DNA of 64,000 nucleotides from an uncultured delta proteobacterium (GTDB lineage Bacteria; Myxococcota; UBA727; VGSZ01), in contig CAVZJB010000011.1 of assembly GCA_963775425.1 (NCBI GenBank), positions 288,001 to 352,000 on the forward strand, given 5' to 3'. The notes below the pieces were generated by a model that worked only from the letters and a program-made list of their open reading frames with translations, was not told the DNA's origin and did not search any database. Below, piece after piece: positions 48,516 to 58,324 of this stretch (the stretch's first letter is position 1; each line of letters begins with the position of its first letter). A program made the translations under genes and the position numbers.

Positions 48516-51500
48516 ATGATTCGATTCGTATGCGCCGCGCTCGTCACCGCCGGGCTCATTTCGTGTCGCACGACGTCGGCGCTCTCCGACGCCCGGTCCT
48601 ACCTCGACGTCGCGCCCGCGCCGCACCCGGCGCTCGCCGCGTCGCCGCCGTGCCCCGAGGCCGCCGACATGCTCGCCGCGTTCCACGGCGGGCGGCTGAA
48701 GGGGCCGCTCGCGCAGGTGGAGGCGCGCGCGAACGACGTGCTCACTCGATGCCCGCTCGCCTGGGAGGCCCACGAGGTCGCCGGGTTCGTCGCGCGGCTC
48801 GAGGACCACGACGACGCCGCCTCCGTTCACTTCATGGCCGCCGCCGCCGACCTCCGCGCGCGCGACGCGCGCTTCTTCCTCGCCGAGATGCAGGATGAGC
48901 CGCTCCCCGTTCATCTCGACCGCGCCGAGCTGCTCTTCCTCGCCGACGTCGCGGCGCACCACCCGGATCCGGCGGTCCGCGCCGACGCATTGGTGCGCAA
49001 GATCTCCGTCGAGTCTCGCTATGCGGAGGCGCGGCCGGAGGAGCGCCGCGGCGCGGGGATCATCGAGTCATGGCAGGTGGTCGGCGCGTTCGACAACGAC
49101 CAGGGCAAGGGCTTCCTCACGAGCTATCCGCCGGAAGAGGGCGTCGATCTCGACGAGGAGATGAAGGGCCTCGTGGTCCCCGTGCACTGGCGCGAGGTGG
49201 AGAAGCTCCACCGCACCGGCTCCGTTCCCCTCGACGACATCATCTCGCCCGAGAACGAGTCCGTCGCCTATCTCGCGACGTGGCTGACGGCGAAGCAGGC
49301 CCGCAACGGCGCGTTGATGGTGTCGACGGACGCGCCGTTTCGCGTGTTCCTGAACGGCCGGCTCGTCGGTGAGGAGCAGCGGGTCGACGCGTTCGGCGAC
49401 GACGCCTTCCGCGTCCCCGTCGAGCTCGCCGCCGGCGGCAACCAGTTGTTGATCAAGTCCGCCAACGAGCGCGGCTCATGGAGGTTTCGCGCGCGGCTCG
49501 TGGACGACCATGGCGCGCCCATGGCCGGCGTCGTCGTCACCGACACACCCGTGCGCTTCGCGAGGGACAAGCGCGCACCGGAGCCGCGCGCGTTCGTGGA
49601 GCCGTCCGGCGAGGGGAGCGGCCCGCGCGCGACGCTCATCGACACGCGCTCATTGTCGCGCGCGGGTGTCGTGCGCGACGCGCTGGAGAGCGCGCGCCGG
49701 TACGCGGAGGAGTCGAAGGACAGCCCGCTCGCGGTGCTCCTCGTCAGCGGCTTGTTGAAGCGCAACCAGGAGGCAGGCAAGGCGATCGATCTCCTCAACA
49801 AGACCATCGGCGACGATGCGCAGGCGCCGGCGGCGTTGCTCATCGAGCGCGCGCGGTTCTACGAGTCCAAGCGGCGCTGGGACGCGGCCCAGGACGACCT
49901 GCGCAAGGTTCGCAAGCGCGATCCCGCCACGCGCAACGCGCTCGACCTGCTCGCCAGCATCTACGCGCGTCGACACTGGGAGATCGATTGTTGCCGCACG
50001 CTCGACGAGGGGTTGAAGCTGTGGCCCGACGTCCCCTTCCTCGTGCGCAACGACGCCGACTGCCTCGACGGCCGCGGCTACCGCAGCGAAGCGCGCGCGA
50101 TGTACCTGCGCACCTGGGCGCTCCAGCCTGGCTGGAGCTCACCGGCGTGGCGGCTCTCGCTCTTCGCGCAGGACGCCGGTGACCTCGACGAGGCGCGGCG
50201 CTGGCTCGAGCGGTACGCGGCCATCGAGGACACCAGCCCCGGCTCGCAGATCCTGCTGGCCGACCTCGCGCGCCTCGCGCACGATCCGGAGCGCGCCAAG
50301 GCCTACCTCGCCCAAGCGCGACACATCGACCCCGACGGCGCCACCTCGTTCTCCCGCCTCGGCGACCTCGCCTACGAGGCCGGCGACAGGACCACGGCGA
50401 TCGCGCGATGGCGGGAGGCGCTCACCCGCAACCCCAAGGACGGCGACCTGAGCGTTCACGTCGAATTCGCAGCGGACGAAGGGTTCGGCGATCTCCAGAA
50501 GTACGCGCCGTCGGACAAGGACATCAAGGCAGCCATCCTCGCGTCGCTCGACAAGCCCGCGGCGCCCGGCTCGAACATCGTGCGCATCATCGATCACCAG
50601 GTGAACGAGGTGAACGCCGACGGCAGCTCGCGCGCCATCGTCACGCTGGTGCAGCAGGCGGTGAACCAGCGCGGGCGCGATCAGCTCATCTCGTTTTCCG
50701 TACCGAGCCGATTCACGCGGATCCTCGACGCGCACTCCATCACTCCGAAGGGCGAGACGCAGGAAGCGTCGTCCATCACCAACGGCAAGATCCGCTTTCG
50801 CAGCCTCGAGGTCGGCAGCATCACGGTGGTCCAGTACCTCACGCATACGCCGCCCGGCAGCTTCCTCCCCAACCACTACGTCGCGACCTTCTGGTTCTCG
50901 GGCATGCAGGTCGACGTCCGCGACTCGACGTGGGTGGCCATCACGCCCAAGGACCGGCCGTTGTTCCGCGACATCCAGGGGCAGGTGAAGGAGTCCGTGG
51001 CGGACGCCGGCGACAAGCGCGTCTACACGTGGCGCGCCACCGATGTACCGCCGCTGTTGCCGGAGCCGGGGATGCCGCCCGCCGTCGACTTCCTGCGCCG
51101 CGTCAGCGTGTCGACGCTCGACGGGTGGGACGAGTACGTGCGCTGGGAGCAGGCGCTGTTGAAGGATGCGTTTCGCAGCAACCCCGAGGTGGACGCGCTC
51201 GCCAAGCGTTTGCTCGACGGCGCGGGCGGACCGCGCGACAAGATCAATCGACTCTTCCGCTACGTCTCGAAGGAGATTCGCTACACGCAGGAGTACGAGA
51301 CCACCATCGCGGGCGTGAAGCCGCACGCGTGCCCCGTGGTGCTCGAGCGCGGCTACGGCGACTGCAAGGACAAAGCGGTCCTGTTGATCCTGCTCCTCAA
51401 GAAGGCCGGCGTCGCCGCGGACTTCGCCATCCTGCGCACCACCGACGCGGGCAAGGTGGTCAAGAGCGTGCCCAACCAGCAGTTCAACCACGCCATCGTC

Positions 51501-52289
51501 TACGTGCGCGAGCAGCCCGGCATCGACGAGGGCTTCTTCATCGATCCCACCACCGACGCGCTCGACCTCGGCAACCTGCGCAGGGACGACCAGGGCGCCG
51601 TCAGCCTCGTGCTCGACCCGGACAGCGGCAAGTGGCACTTCGCCGACATTCCCTACCAGGCGCCGGAGCTCGAATACTCGCGCGCGGCGGTGAAGCTCGA
51701 CGTCGACAGGGGCCTCGCGCACGTCGACATCCTCTCGCGCGGCGACGGCGCCTCCCGCCAGCGCCGCGCCGTTCGTGACGCGGAGACCGCCAAGAAGCTC
51801 GAGCAGGGCTGGGCCAGCCTGTTGTGGCCGGGGACGACGTTGAAGACCGGCAGCGTCGACACCTCGGAGGACCTGACCAAGCCCTTCGCGCTCGACATGG
51901 ACGTCGACATCTCCGGCGCCGTCCACGACGACGACGACGGCGCGCGCATCGACGTCCCCGATATCTCGCGCATGTCGGGGCTCACGCGCCTCGCCGCGCG
52001 CCAGCTCCCCTTGCGCCTCGGGGTCCCGTCGACGGAGAGCGTGGACGTCACGTTCGCGTTGCCGGCAGGACGAAAGGTCCTGCGCACACCGCCGGACTAT
52101 CACGTGGTCCACGCGTGTTTCACCGCCGATCGCACCACGACGACGTCGGCGACGGAGGTGCACGTGAAGCAATCCGTGGTGAAGACCTGCCCCATGATTG
52201 AGCCCGCGGACTACGCCGCGTTTCGCGAGAAGGCGCTCGAGGTCGTGAACCACGAGCATGATCCGCTCGTGCTCTCGAAGCCCCGCTGA
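48516..52289 (+). CDS. Lipoprotein with TPR, DUF3857 and transglutaminase-like domains
   Basis: Lipobox LISC; TPR helices; catalytic triad motifs GDCKDK, FNHAI, IDPT. Confidence 0.85.
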   Translation: MIRFVCAALVTAGLISCRTTSALSDARSYLDVAPAPHPALAASPPCPEAADMLAAFHGGRLKGPLAQVEARANDVLTRCPLAWEAHEVAGFVARLEDHDDAASVHFMAAAADLRARDARFFLAEMQDEPLPVHLDRAELLFLADVAAHHPDPAVRADALVRKISVESRYAEARPEERRGAGIIESWQVVGAFDNDQGKGFLTSYPPEEGVDLDEEMKGLVVPVHWREVEKLHRTGSVPLDDIISPENESVAYLATWLTAKQARNGALMVSTDAPFRVFLNGRLVGEEQRVDAFGDDAFRVPVELAAGGNQLLIKSANERGSWRFRARLVDDHGAPMAGVVVTDTPVRFARDKRAPEPRAFVEPSGEGSGPRATLIDTRSLSRAGVVRDALESARRYAEESKDSPLAVLLVSGLLKRNQEAGKAIDLLNKTIGDDAQAPAALLIERARFYESKRRWDAAQDDLRKVRKRDPATRNALDLLASIYARRHWEIDCCRTLDEGLKLWPDVPFLVRNDADCLDGRGYRSEARAMYLRTWALQPGWSSPAWRLSLFAQDAGDLDEARRWLERYAAIEDTSPGSQILLADLARLAHDPERAKAYLAQARHIDPDGATSFSRLGDLAYEAGDRTTAIARWREALTRNPKDGDLSVHVEFAADEGFGDLQKYAPSDKDIKAAILASLDKPAAPGSNIVRIIDHQVNEVNADGSSRAIVTLVQQAVNQRGRDQLISFSVPSRFTRILDAHSITPKGETQEASSITNGKIRFRSLEVGSITVVQYLTHTPPGSFLPNHYVATFWFSGMQVDVRDSTWVAITPKDRPLFRDIQGQVKESVADAGDKRVYTWRATDVPPLLPEPGMPPAVDFLRRVSVSTLDGWDEYVRWEQALLKDAFRSNPEVDALAKRLLDGAGGPRDKINRLFRYVSKEIRYTQEYETTIAGVKPHACPVVLERGYGDCKDKAVLLILLLKKAGVAADFAILRTTDAGKVVKSVPNQQFNHAIVYVREQPGIDEGFFIDPTTDALDLGNLRRDDQGAVSLVLDPDSGKWHFADIPYQAPELEYSRAAVKLDVDRGLAHVDILSRGDGASRQRRAVRDAETAKKLEQGWASLLWPGTTLKTGSVDTSEDLTKPFALDMDVDISGAVHDDDDGARIDVPDISRMSGLTRLAARQLPLRLGVPSTESVDVTFALPAGRKVLRTPPDYHVVHACFTADRTTTTSATEVHVKQSVVKTCPMIEPADYAAFREKALEVVNHEHDPLVLSKPR

Positions 52290-52309
52290 TCTCGACGCTC
52301 CCGCGGGCG

Positions 52310-53563
52310 CTACGCGTCGAGCCGTCGCCGCGGGCGCACCGCGAGCCACACGCCGAGGCCGACGGCGCCGGAGACGGCGAGGCCGACGCCGGCGCCCGCG
52401 TAGCTGTGGGTGCGGTCGACGACGGCGCCGATGATGGGGAACGCGATGATGAGCGCGAGCGACTGCGCGGCCGCGAGCAGCCCACCGGTGGCCGCCACGC
52501 GGTCCTTGCCGACGCGCAGGAGCAGGTCGCTCGTGGTGAGCGCGTAGACGCCGCCGCCGCCGGCGAGCGCGACGGCCATCACCGACGTCGTCTGCCACGG
52601 GGTGCCCGCGAGGCCGAGCGCGCCGACGGCGAGGCACAGCGCGCCTGCGAGCGCGAACAGCGAGCGCGGCGCGCCCACCGTGCGCGTGCGGCGTTGGACG
52701 GCGCCGGCAACGACGCCGAACAGCACCGAGCCGCCGTCGAACGCCAGCGGCGGCAGCCACAAATAGTGGCCGACCTGGGCCTGCGTGAGTGCGTTTTGGG
52801 CGACGAGGATCTTGGCGCCGAACACGAGCACCAGGCCGTTGATGGGGCCCGACGCGACCACGGCGCAGACGGCGCGCAGCAGGTCGCGGTCGGCGAGCAG
52901 CTCACGGAAGCGCGCCGTCGCCGGTGCGCGCTCCTGGGCGGCGTGCGCGGGGGCGGGCGCGACGTCGAGCGCCGCGCGCGCCTTCTTCGACGAGGTCACG
53001 GCGATCCACAGCGGGATCCAGGCGAGGCCGGCGACCGCGGTGGCGACGAGCGCGATGCGCCAGCCGTAGCGCGCGTCGAGCGCGGGCGCGACGATGGCGG
53101 AGACGGCGGCGCCGATGGAGCTCCCGGTGAACAACACGCCGAAGCCCGCGCTCTGTTGCCGCGGGGGCAGCACGCGGTTCATCGATTGGGCGGCGCCCGG
53201 GAAAGACGGCGCCTCGGCGCAGCCGAGGAGGATGCGCAACATGAAGAGCACGATGACGCCGGGGACCAACGCGTGCGCGGCGGCGACCGCCGACCACGCG
53301 AGCACGGACACCACGAGCCCGCGGCGCGCGCCGAAGCGGTCGACGGCGGCGCCGGCGACCGGGGCGAACACGAGGTACGCGATGGAGAACGCGGAGCCGA
53401 GCCAGCCGAACGCGGTGTTCGAGATGTGCAGCGAGTCCGTGATGGTGGGCCCGAGGACGGCGAACGCCTGACGGTCGACGTAGCTGACCGCCATGGTCGA
53501 TGTGGCCACGAGCGCGATCAACCACGCCTGGACCGTCGACAGCACCGAGGAGCTCGGCTTCAC
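52310..53563 (-). CDS. MFS transporter (ExuT/ACS-like)
   Basis: SYVDRQ, GAAVDRFGARRG (motif A), RILLGCAEAPSFP; about 12 TM segments; start approximate. Confidence 0.9.
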   Translation of the reverse strand: MKPSSSVLSTVQAWLIALVATSTMAVSYVDRQAFAVLGPTITDSLHISNTAFGWLGSAFSIAYLVFAPVAGAAVDRFGARRGLVVSVLAWSAVAAAHALVPGVIVLFMLRILLGCAEAPSFPGAAQSMNRVLPPRQQSAGFGVLFTGSSIGAAVSAIVAPALDARYGWRIALVATAVAGLAWIPLWIAVTSSKKARAALDVAPAPAHAAQERAPATARFRELLADRDLLRAVCAVVASGPINGLVLVFGAKILVAQNALTQAQVGHYLWLPPLAFDGGSVLFGVVAGAVQRRTRTVGAPRSLFALAGALCLAVGALGLAGTPWQTTSVMAVALAGGGGVYALTTSDLLLRVGKDRVAATGGLLAAAQSLALIIAFPIIGAVVDRTHSYAGAGVGLAVSGAVGLGVWLAVRPRRRLDA

Positions 53564-53684
53564 GCACCGAGCATCGATGCCATGGGGCGATCGTGCAAGC
53601 GCTCGAGGCGTCACGCGGGCTCACGATGGCTCCCCGCCCTCGCCGGGCGCGGCTATATTGCGGCCGATCTTTCCCGGAGCACCC

Positions 53685-54704
53685 ATGCAGCTCATCACAC
53701 CTCCAGCGTCGGTCGTCCCGTTCGGTCTCTCCGCCCTGACCATGGTCGCTCGCGCCGCCGACGGCGGACTCGCTCACACCCACCGCGTGCTGCTCGACAC
53801 GGTCCAGCGCGTGCTGCTCCGCACCGAGCTCGACGTCGACGCGCTGCCCGAGGTCGCGCCCGACACGCTGGCCGGACACTTCAACGACCCGGGGCTGGCG
53901 AGGCAATTGGTTCGCGGCATGATCGTCATGGGCCTCGCCGTCGGCCCCGCGACCCGGGAGCAGACGGACCTGATCGGTCGCTTCGCGCACGCCCTCGGTG
54001 TGGAAGAGCCGGCGGTGCGCGCCATCGAGCACCTGGCCCACGAGGAGATGCTGCTGTTCGTCATCGACCTGCACCGGCGCTCGAACCTCCGTGACTACGT
54101 CACCAACGAGTACCGTACGCAGGGTGGGATCTTCGCCGTCGTCAAGTCGCTGATGGAGCTCAAGGGCGTCGTCCACGACGACGCGCTCGCCGCCCGCTTT
54201 CGCGCGCTCGCCGACCTCCCGGAGGGCACGCTGGGCCGCGGCTTCGTCGAGCACTACCGCACGAACGGGTTCACCTTCCCGGGCGACAAGGGTGGCTTCC
54301 CGATGGGCGCGATCTTCCACGACGTCGGCCACGTGCTCGGCGGCTATGACGCCACCCCCGAGGGGGAGATGCAGGTCGCGGCGTTCCAAGCGGGCTACCG
54401 GCGCACGGAGAACTCGTTCTTCACCCTCCTGTTCGCCGTGTTGCTCCACACGGCAGGGGTGAACGTCTCACCGCTGCCCATGCCGAAGCACCCGGGCCGC
54501 ATCGGCGAAGGCGACCTCGCCGCGCGAATGCTCCACGCCATGGAGCGTGGGTCGCAGCTCGTGGTCGACCTCGGCGACGCCTGGGACTTCTGGCCGCACA
54601 TGGCGTCGCCGCTCGTCGAGGTGCGCCGGCGCCTTGGCGTGCCGCCGCTCGCGGCGGAGTACGCCACCGGCCCCGGAGTCTACGGCCCGCCCATCGGTAG
54701 CTGA
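53685..54704 (+). CDS. Coq4-like metal-binding protein with N-terminal TerB-like helical region
   Basis: LADLPEGTLG and HDVGHVLGGYDATPEGE (HDxxH..E) motifs. Confidence 0.65.
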   Translation: MQLITPPASVVPFGLSALTMVARAADGGLAHTHRVLLDTVQRVLLRTELDVDALPEVAPDTLAGHFNDPGLARQLVRGMIVMGLAVGPATREQTDLIGRFAHALGVEEPAVRAIEHLAHEEMLLFVIDLHRRSNLRDYVTNEYRTQGGIFAVVKSLMELKGVVHDDALAARFRALADLPEGTLGRGFVEHYRTNGFTFPGDKGGFPMGAIFHDVGHVLGGYDATPEGEMQVAAFQAGYRRTENSFFTLLFAVLLHTAGVNVSPLPMPKHPGRIGEGDLAARMLHAMERGSQLVVDLGDAWDFWPHMASPLVEVRRRLGVPPLAAEYATGPGVYGPPIGS

Positions 54705-54715
54705 GCTCGTTGACG

Positions 54716-55396
54716 ATGCACGGCGTCGGCTCCCGCAACAAGCTCACGCCTGCGCACGCGCGGCTTTACCCGGGCACGAGCCTCCTCGATGCGCTCGGGC
54801 GCGCGCTGTGCACCGCGCGCTGTCTGCCGCGCAAGGAGCTGCACGAGGCATGGGAGATGGCCCGGCGGGTGCGCGAGCGCTTTCGTGGGGGCCGCGTCGT
54901 CGACCTGTGCGCGGGCTTCGGCGTGCTCGCGCAGGTGCTGCTCCTCGTCGACGAGGCCGCGACGCACGCGGTGGCCGTGGACAAGCGCCTGCCGCTCAAC
55001 CACCGCCGCGTGCACGACGCGCTCGCCGGCGCGTTCCCGCGGCTGCGCGGCCGCGTGTCCTTCGTGCAGGCGCCGCTGCAGCGGGTGGTGCTCGAGCGGG
55101 GCGACCTGGTCGTCTCCGCGCACGCGTGCGGCGCCCTCACCGACGACGTCCTCGCGCACGCCGTCGACGCGGGCGCCCGGGTCGCCGTGCTGCCGTGCTG
55201 CCACGCCTCGCGCTGGCGGCCGGAGCTCGCCGGGCACCCCGATCCCGCCCGCGCGATGGACGACGAACGCGCCGAGCGGCTCGGTGCGATCGGCTATCGC
55301 GTGTGGACGGAGACGATCCCCGTCGAGGTGAGCCCGAAGAACCGCCTGCTCCTCGGGGAGCTCACATGCCCTGAACGAAGATGTTCGCGCGCGTGA
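54716..55396 (+). CDS. SAM-dependent methyltransferase
   Basis: VVDLCAGFG, HACGALTD, VLPCC, SPKNRLL. Confidence 0.8.
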   Translation: MHGVGSRNKLTPAHARLYPGTSLLDALGRALCTARCLPRKELHEAWEMARRVRERFRGGRVVDLCAGFGVLAQVLLLVDEAATHAVAVDKRLPLNHRRVHDALAGAFPRLRGRVSFVQAPLQRVVLERGDLVVSAHACGALTDDVLAHAVDAGARVAVLPCCHASRWRPELAGHPDPARAMDDERAERLGAIGYRVWTETIPVEVSPKNRLLLGELTCPERRCSRA

Positions 55397-56864
55397 GCTT
55401 GCTCTTGAAGTCGGTCTTGTCGATCGCCCGAGCCCACGCCTCCTCCGGCGCCACGTGCTTCTGCTCCACGAGCTCCATCAAGGCGTCGTTCAACGTCACC
55501 ATCCCGGCGCCGCGGCTCGTCTGCATGGTGGAGTGGATCTGGTAGGTCTTGCCCTCGCGGATGAGGTTCGAGACCGAGTGCGGACACAGGAGGATCTCGA
55601 GGGCAGCGACGCGGCCGCCGCTCTTCCGCTTGCAGAGCGTCTGCGAGATCACGCCCTTCAACGCGTCGGCGAGCATGGTGCGGATTTGTTGCTGCTGCTC
55701 CGCGGGGAACTGGTCGATGATGCGGTCGACGGTGGACGCCGCGGTGTTGGTGTGCAGCGTGCCGAAGACGAGGTGGCCTGTCTCCGCGGTCTCGATGGCG
55801 ATGGCCACCGTCTCGAGATCGCGCATCTCGCCGACGAGGACGATGTCGGGATCCTCGCGCAAGGCCGCGCGCAACGCCCGCTTGAAGCCTTCGGTGTGGT
55901 TGCCGACCTCCCGTTGGTTGATCACGCACCGCTTGTCCGGGTGCACGAACTCGATGGGGTCTTCGATGGTGATGATGTGGGCGGCGCGCGTCCGGTTGAT
56001 GTAGTCGATCATGGCCGCGAGCGTGGTGGACTTGCCCGAGCCGGTGGGGCCGGTGACGAGGACGAGGCCCTTGCTGAGGTTGCAGAGATCGAGGATGGCC
56101 TGCGGGATGCCGAGCTTCTCCGCGGTGAGGATCTCGACGGGGATCTGTCGAAAGATGCCGCCGATGCCGCGGCGATCGCGAAAGAGGTTCCCGCGAAACC
56201 GCGCGAGCCCCTTGATCTCGTATGCGAAGTCGGCGTCGTTTCGCGCGAGGAACTCGTCGATGCGCTCCTGAGGCGCGCACGAGTAGAGCAGCCGCTCGAC
56301 CTCGTCCTCGCTGAGCTCGCTGCTGCCGATGGAGATGAGGTCGCCGTCCTTGCGGATCATGGCCTTCTTCCCCGTGCACACGTAGAGGTCGCTGCCCCCC
56401 TTTTGCACCAGGGTACGGAACAGCGCGTCGATGGCCGGCTCCCCGCCCGCCGTCGACGGCGCAGGGCTGCGCTTCGCCGCGGGTGCGCTCGGTGGCGACG
56501 ACGCCACGGGCGCGCCCTCCGTCGAGCGCACCGGTGCGCCCTCGGTCGAGCGCGGCATCGGCGTGCCCACCCGCGCGATCATCAGGCGCAGCGACGTGCC
56601 GATTCGCTTCACGTTGACGTTCACGTGACCGTGCGTGGTGGTGTGCCGCACGTCGAGGTTGCCGGCCTGCTCGAGCGTGGGGCGCTGGCTCTGCGGCACG
56701 AGCTCGTTGAGGATCATCTCGAGGCCTGCCTCGTCGATGGGCCCACCCGACAGCGGCTTGCGTTCACCCTTGGTGATGATGGTGACCCGGTGGCCGAGGG
56801 CGATGCCGATCGCATCCGCCGACTGCTCGAACAACGCGCGCACGTACCCGTCGATCAACGCCAT
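55362..56864 (-). CDS. pilT: Type IV pilus retraction ATPase PilT/PilU family with extra N-terminal domain
   Basis: GPTGSGKST, TIEDPIEFVH, ALREDPDIVLVGEMRD, AETGHLVFGTLHT; ~140-aa N-terminal extension. Confidence 0.9.
   Translation of the reverse strand: MALIDGYVRALFEQSADAIGIALGHRVTIITKGERKPLSGGPIDEAGLEMILNELVPQSQRPTLEQAGNLDVRHTTTHGHVNVNVKRIGTSLRLMIARVGTPMPRSTEGAPVRSTEGAPVASSPPSAPAAKRSPAPSTAGGEPAIDALFRTLVQKGGSDLYVCTGKKAMIRKDGDLISIGSSELSEDEVERLLYSCAPQERIDEFLARNDADFAYEIKGLARFRGNLFRDRRGIGGIFRQIPVEILTAEKLGIPQAILDLCNLSKGLVLVTGPTGSGKSTTLAAMIDYINRTRAAHIITIEDPIEFVHPDKRCVINQREVGNHTEGFKRALRAALREDPDIVLVGEMRDLETVAIAIETAETGHLVFGTLHTNTAASTVDRIIDQFPAEQQQQIRTMLADALKGVISQTLCKRKSGGRVAALEILLCPHSVSNLIREGKTYQIHSTMQTSRGAGMVTLNDALMELVEQKHVAPEEAWARAIDKTDFKSKLTRANIFVQGM
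56505..56552 (-). repeat. 24-bp tandem duplication encoding RSTEGAPV x2 in the PilT linker
   Basis: 56505-56528 and 56529-56552, differing only at synonymous positions. Confidence 0.8.
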
Positions 56865-56876
56865 AGGGGAAGGACC

Positions 56877-57248
56877 CTAGCGGGTCGTGGGCGCGAGCGG
56901 GAGCCCGAGGAGGCGGAACACGAGGGGCGAGGTCTTGGCGATGACGAGGAGCGCGAGCGGGCCGGTCACGGTGCGCGTGATCATCCCGAGCACCACGGCG
57001 ACGACGACGCGCACGCCGATGTTCTCACCGTGGAACCCCGTGCCGACGAGCACGCCGACGACGACACCCATGGCCACGGGCGCGAGCGCGCCCCAGGCGA
57101 GGAACCACGCCGCGTAGGCGCGGCCTCGCCACGGCATGGCGTCGCCGTCGGGGGTCTTGCCGGCGAAGAGCACGCGGGCCTGCATCTGCACGAGGCTCCC
57201 GAGGGTGGCCTTGCGGCGCTGTGGAGGCGCGTCGTCGTGGGTCGCCAT
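56877..57248 (-). CDS. Small hypothetical membrane protein upstream of pilT
   Basis: Two to three hydrophobic segments; same strand, 12 nt before the pilT start. Confidence 0.6.
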   Translation of the reverse strand: MATHDDAPPQRRKATLGSLVQMQARVLFAGKTPDGDAMPWRGRAYAAWFLAWGALAPVAMGVVVGVLVGTGFHGENIGVRVVVAVVLGMITRTVTGPLALLVIAKTSPLVFRLLGLPLAPTTR

Positions 57249-57286
57249 GGCGCCATCCTAGAGCACTGCGCGCCGCCGTCGATGCT

Positions 57287-58219
57287 TCATCGCGGCGAGC
57301 GCTCGTCGAGCAGCTCGTCGAGGGTCTCCGCCTCGGGCTCCGCCCCGAGCGACGTGATGAGGCGCTGGAGGTTCTCGAGCAGCGCGCGCACCTTCGGATC
57401 GACCCGGCTCGGCCGCGGCGAGAGCGCGCGAACGGTGACGGTGCCCCCCACCTCGTCCTCGAGGACGCGGGCGAGCGCGAGCTCGCCGCCGGTGAACGCG
57501 GCCGGCAGCGCCGGCGCGTAGAGCAGACCCACGCCCTGCAGGGCGAGCTCGAAGAGCAGCGAGAGGTTCGTGGTGCGCAACCACGGGGTCGTCGCGAGCG
57601 TGCCCCCCGCGCGCAGGGGGAGGCCGCGCTCGCCGGCGCCGCTCCACTCGAGCAAGACGCGCTCGCGCAGCGCGTCGACGTCGCCCGGCGTCCCGTGCTC
57701 CGCGAGGTACGCGGCGGAGGCGAACAGGCCCGTCTTGGCCCGCAGGATGACGTGGGAGAACCAGCCCTCGTGCCGCGGGCCGTCGCCGAAGTGAAGCATC
57801 AGGTCGAACGGCTCGCCAATTCGCGCGAGCGGGTCGTCCGCCTCGAGCACCTCGATGCTCAATTCGGGGTGGAGGCTGCGCAGCCACGCGAGGGCGCGCG
57901 TCCTGCCCGCGGCGGGAATGCCGGTCGGCCCCACCAGCCGCAGCACGCCGCGGGCGTCGCCGGCTTGTGCGCGGGCGCGGTCGGCGAGGGCGTGAGCGTC
58001 GCGCAGCAGGGCGGCGGCGCCCTGGTTCAGCACGCGGCCCGCGGGCGTGGGCTCGATCCCCTGGGCGCCGCGGATGAGCAGCGCGACCTGCAGCTCGGCT
58101 TCCAGCCGCTCCACCTGGCGGCGCAGCCCGGTGCGGGGCGCACGCAGGGCGGCGGCGGCGCGCTGAAAAGAGCCGAATTCAACCACTTGGCGGAAGGCGC
58201 GGAGGTCCTCGAGGTCCAT
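57287..58219 (-). CDS. LysR-family transcriptional regulator
   Basis: MDLEDLRAFRQVVEFGSFQRAAAAL..VERLEAELQVALLIR..PTPAG HTH; divergent from the nitroreductase. Confidence 0.9.
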   Translation of the reverse strand: MDLEDLRAFRQVVEFGSFQRAAAALRAPRTGLRRQVERLEAELQVALLIRGAQGIEPTPAGRVLNQGAAALLRDAHALADRARAQAGDARGVLRLVGPTGIPAAGRTRALAWLRSLHPELSIEVLEADDPLARIGEPFDLMLHFGDGPRHEGWFSHVILRAKTGLFASAAYLAEHGTPGDVDALRERVLLEWSGAGERGLPLRAGGTLATTPWLRTTNLSLLFELALQGVGLLYAPALPAAFTGGELALARVLEDEVGGTVTVRALSPRPSRVDPKVRALLENLQRLITSLGAEPEAETLDELLDERSPR

Positions 58220-58324
58220 CCGGGGAGGGTGGCACGATTCGGCCACCTGTTGTTCCAGACTCGGCCATCATCGGCGCCCATACTGCCTTCAGGCGGCGGA
58301 GGCGCCGCCGGGAGGAGCACGAAG

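Noticed and set aside
58230-58245. Sigma54-like TGGCACG upstream of the nitroreductase
   Set aside because: The -12 element is absent (GGCC instead of TTGC at the required spacing).
57221-58324. 5' extension of the 672-aa ORF suggesting a fused nitroreductase
   Set aside because: It is the antisense of the LysR gene; the nitroreductase has its own RBS and ATG at 58325.
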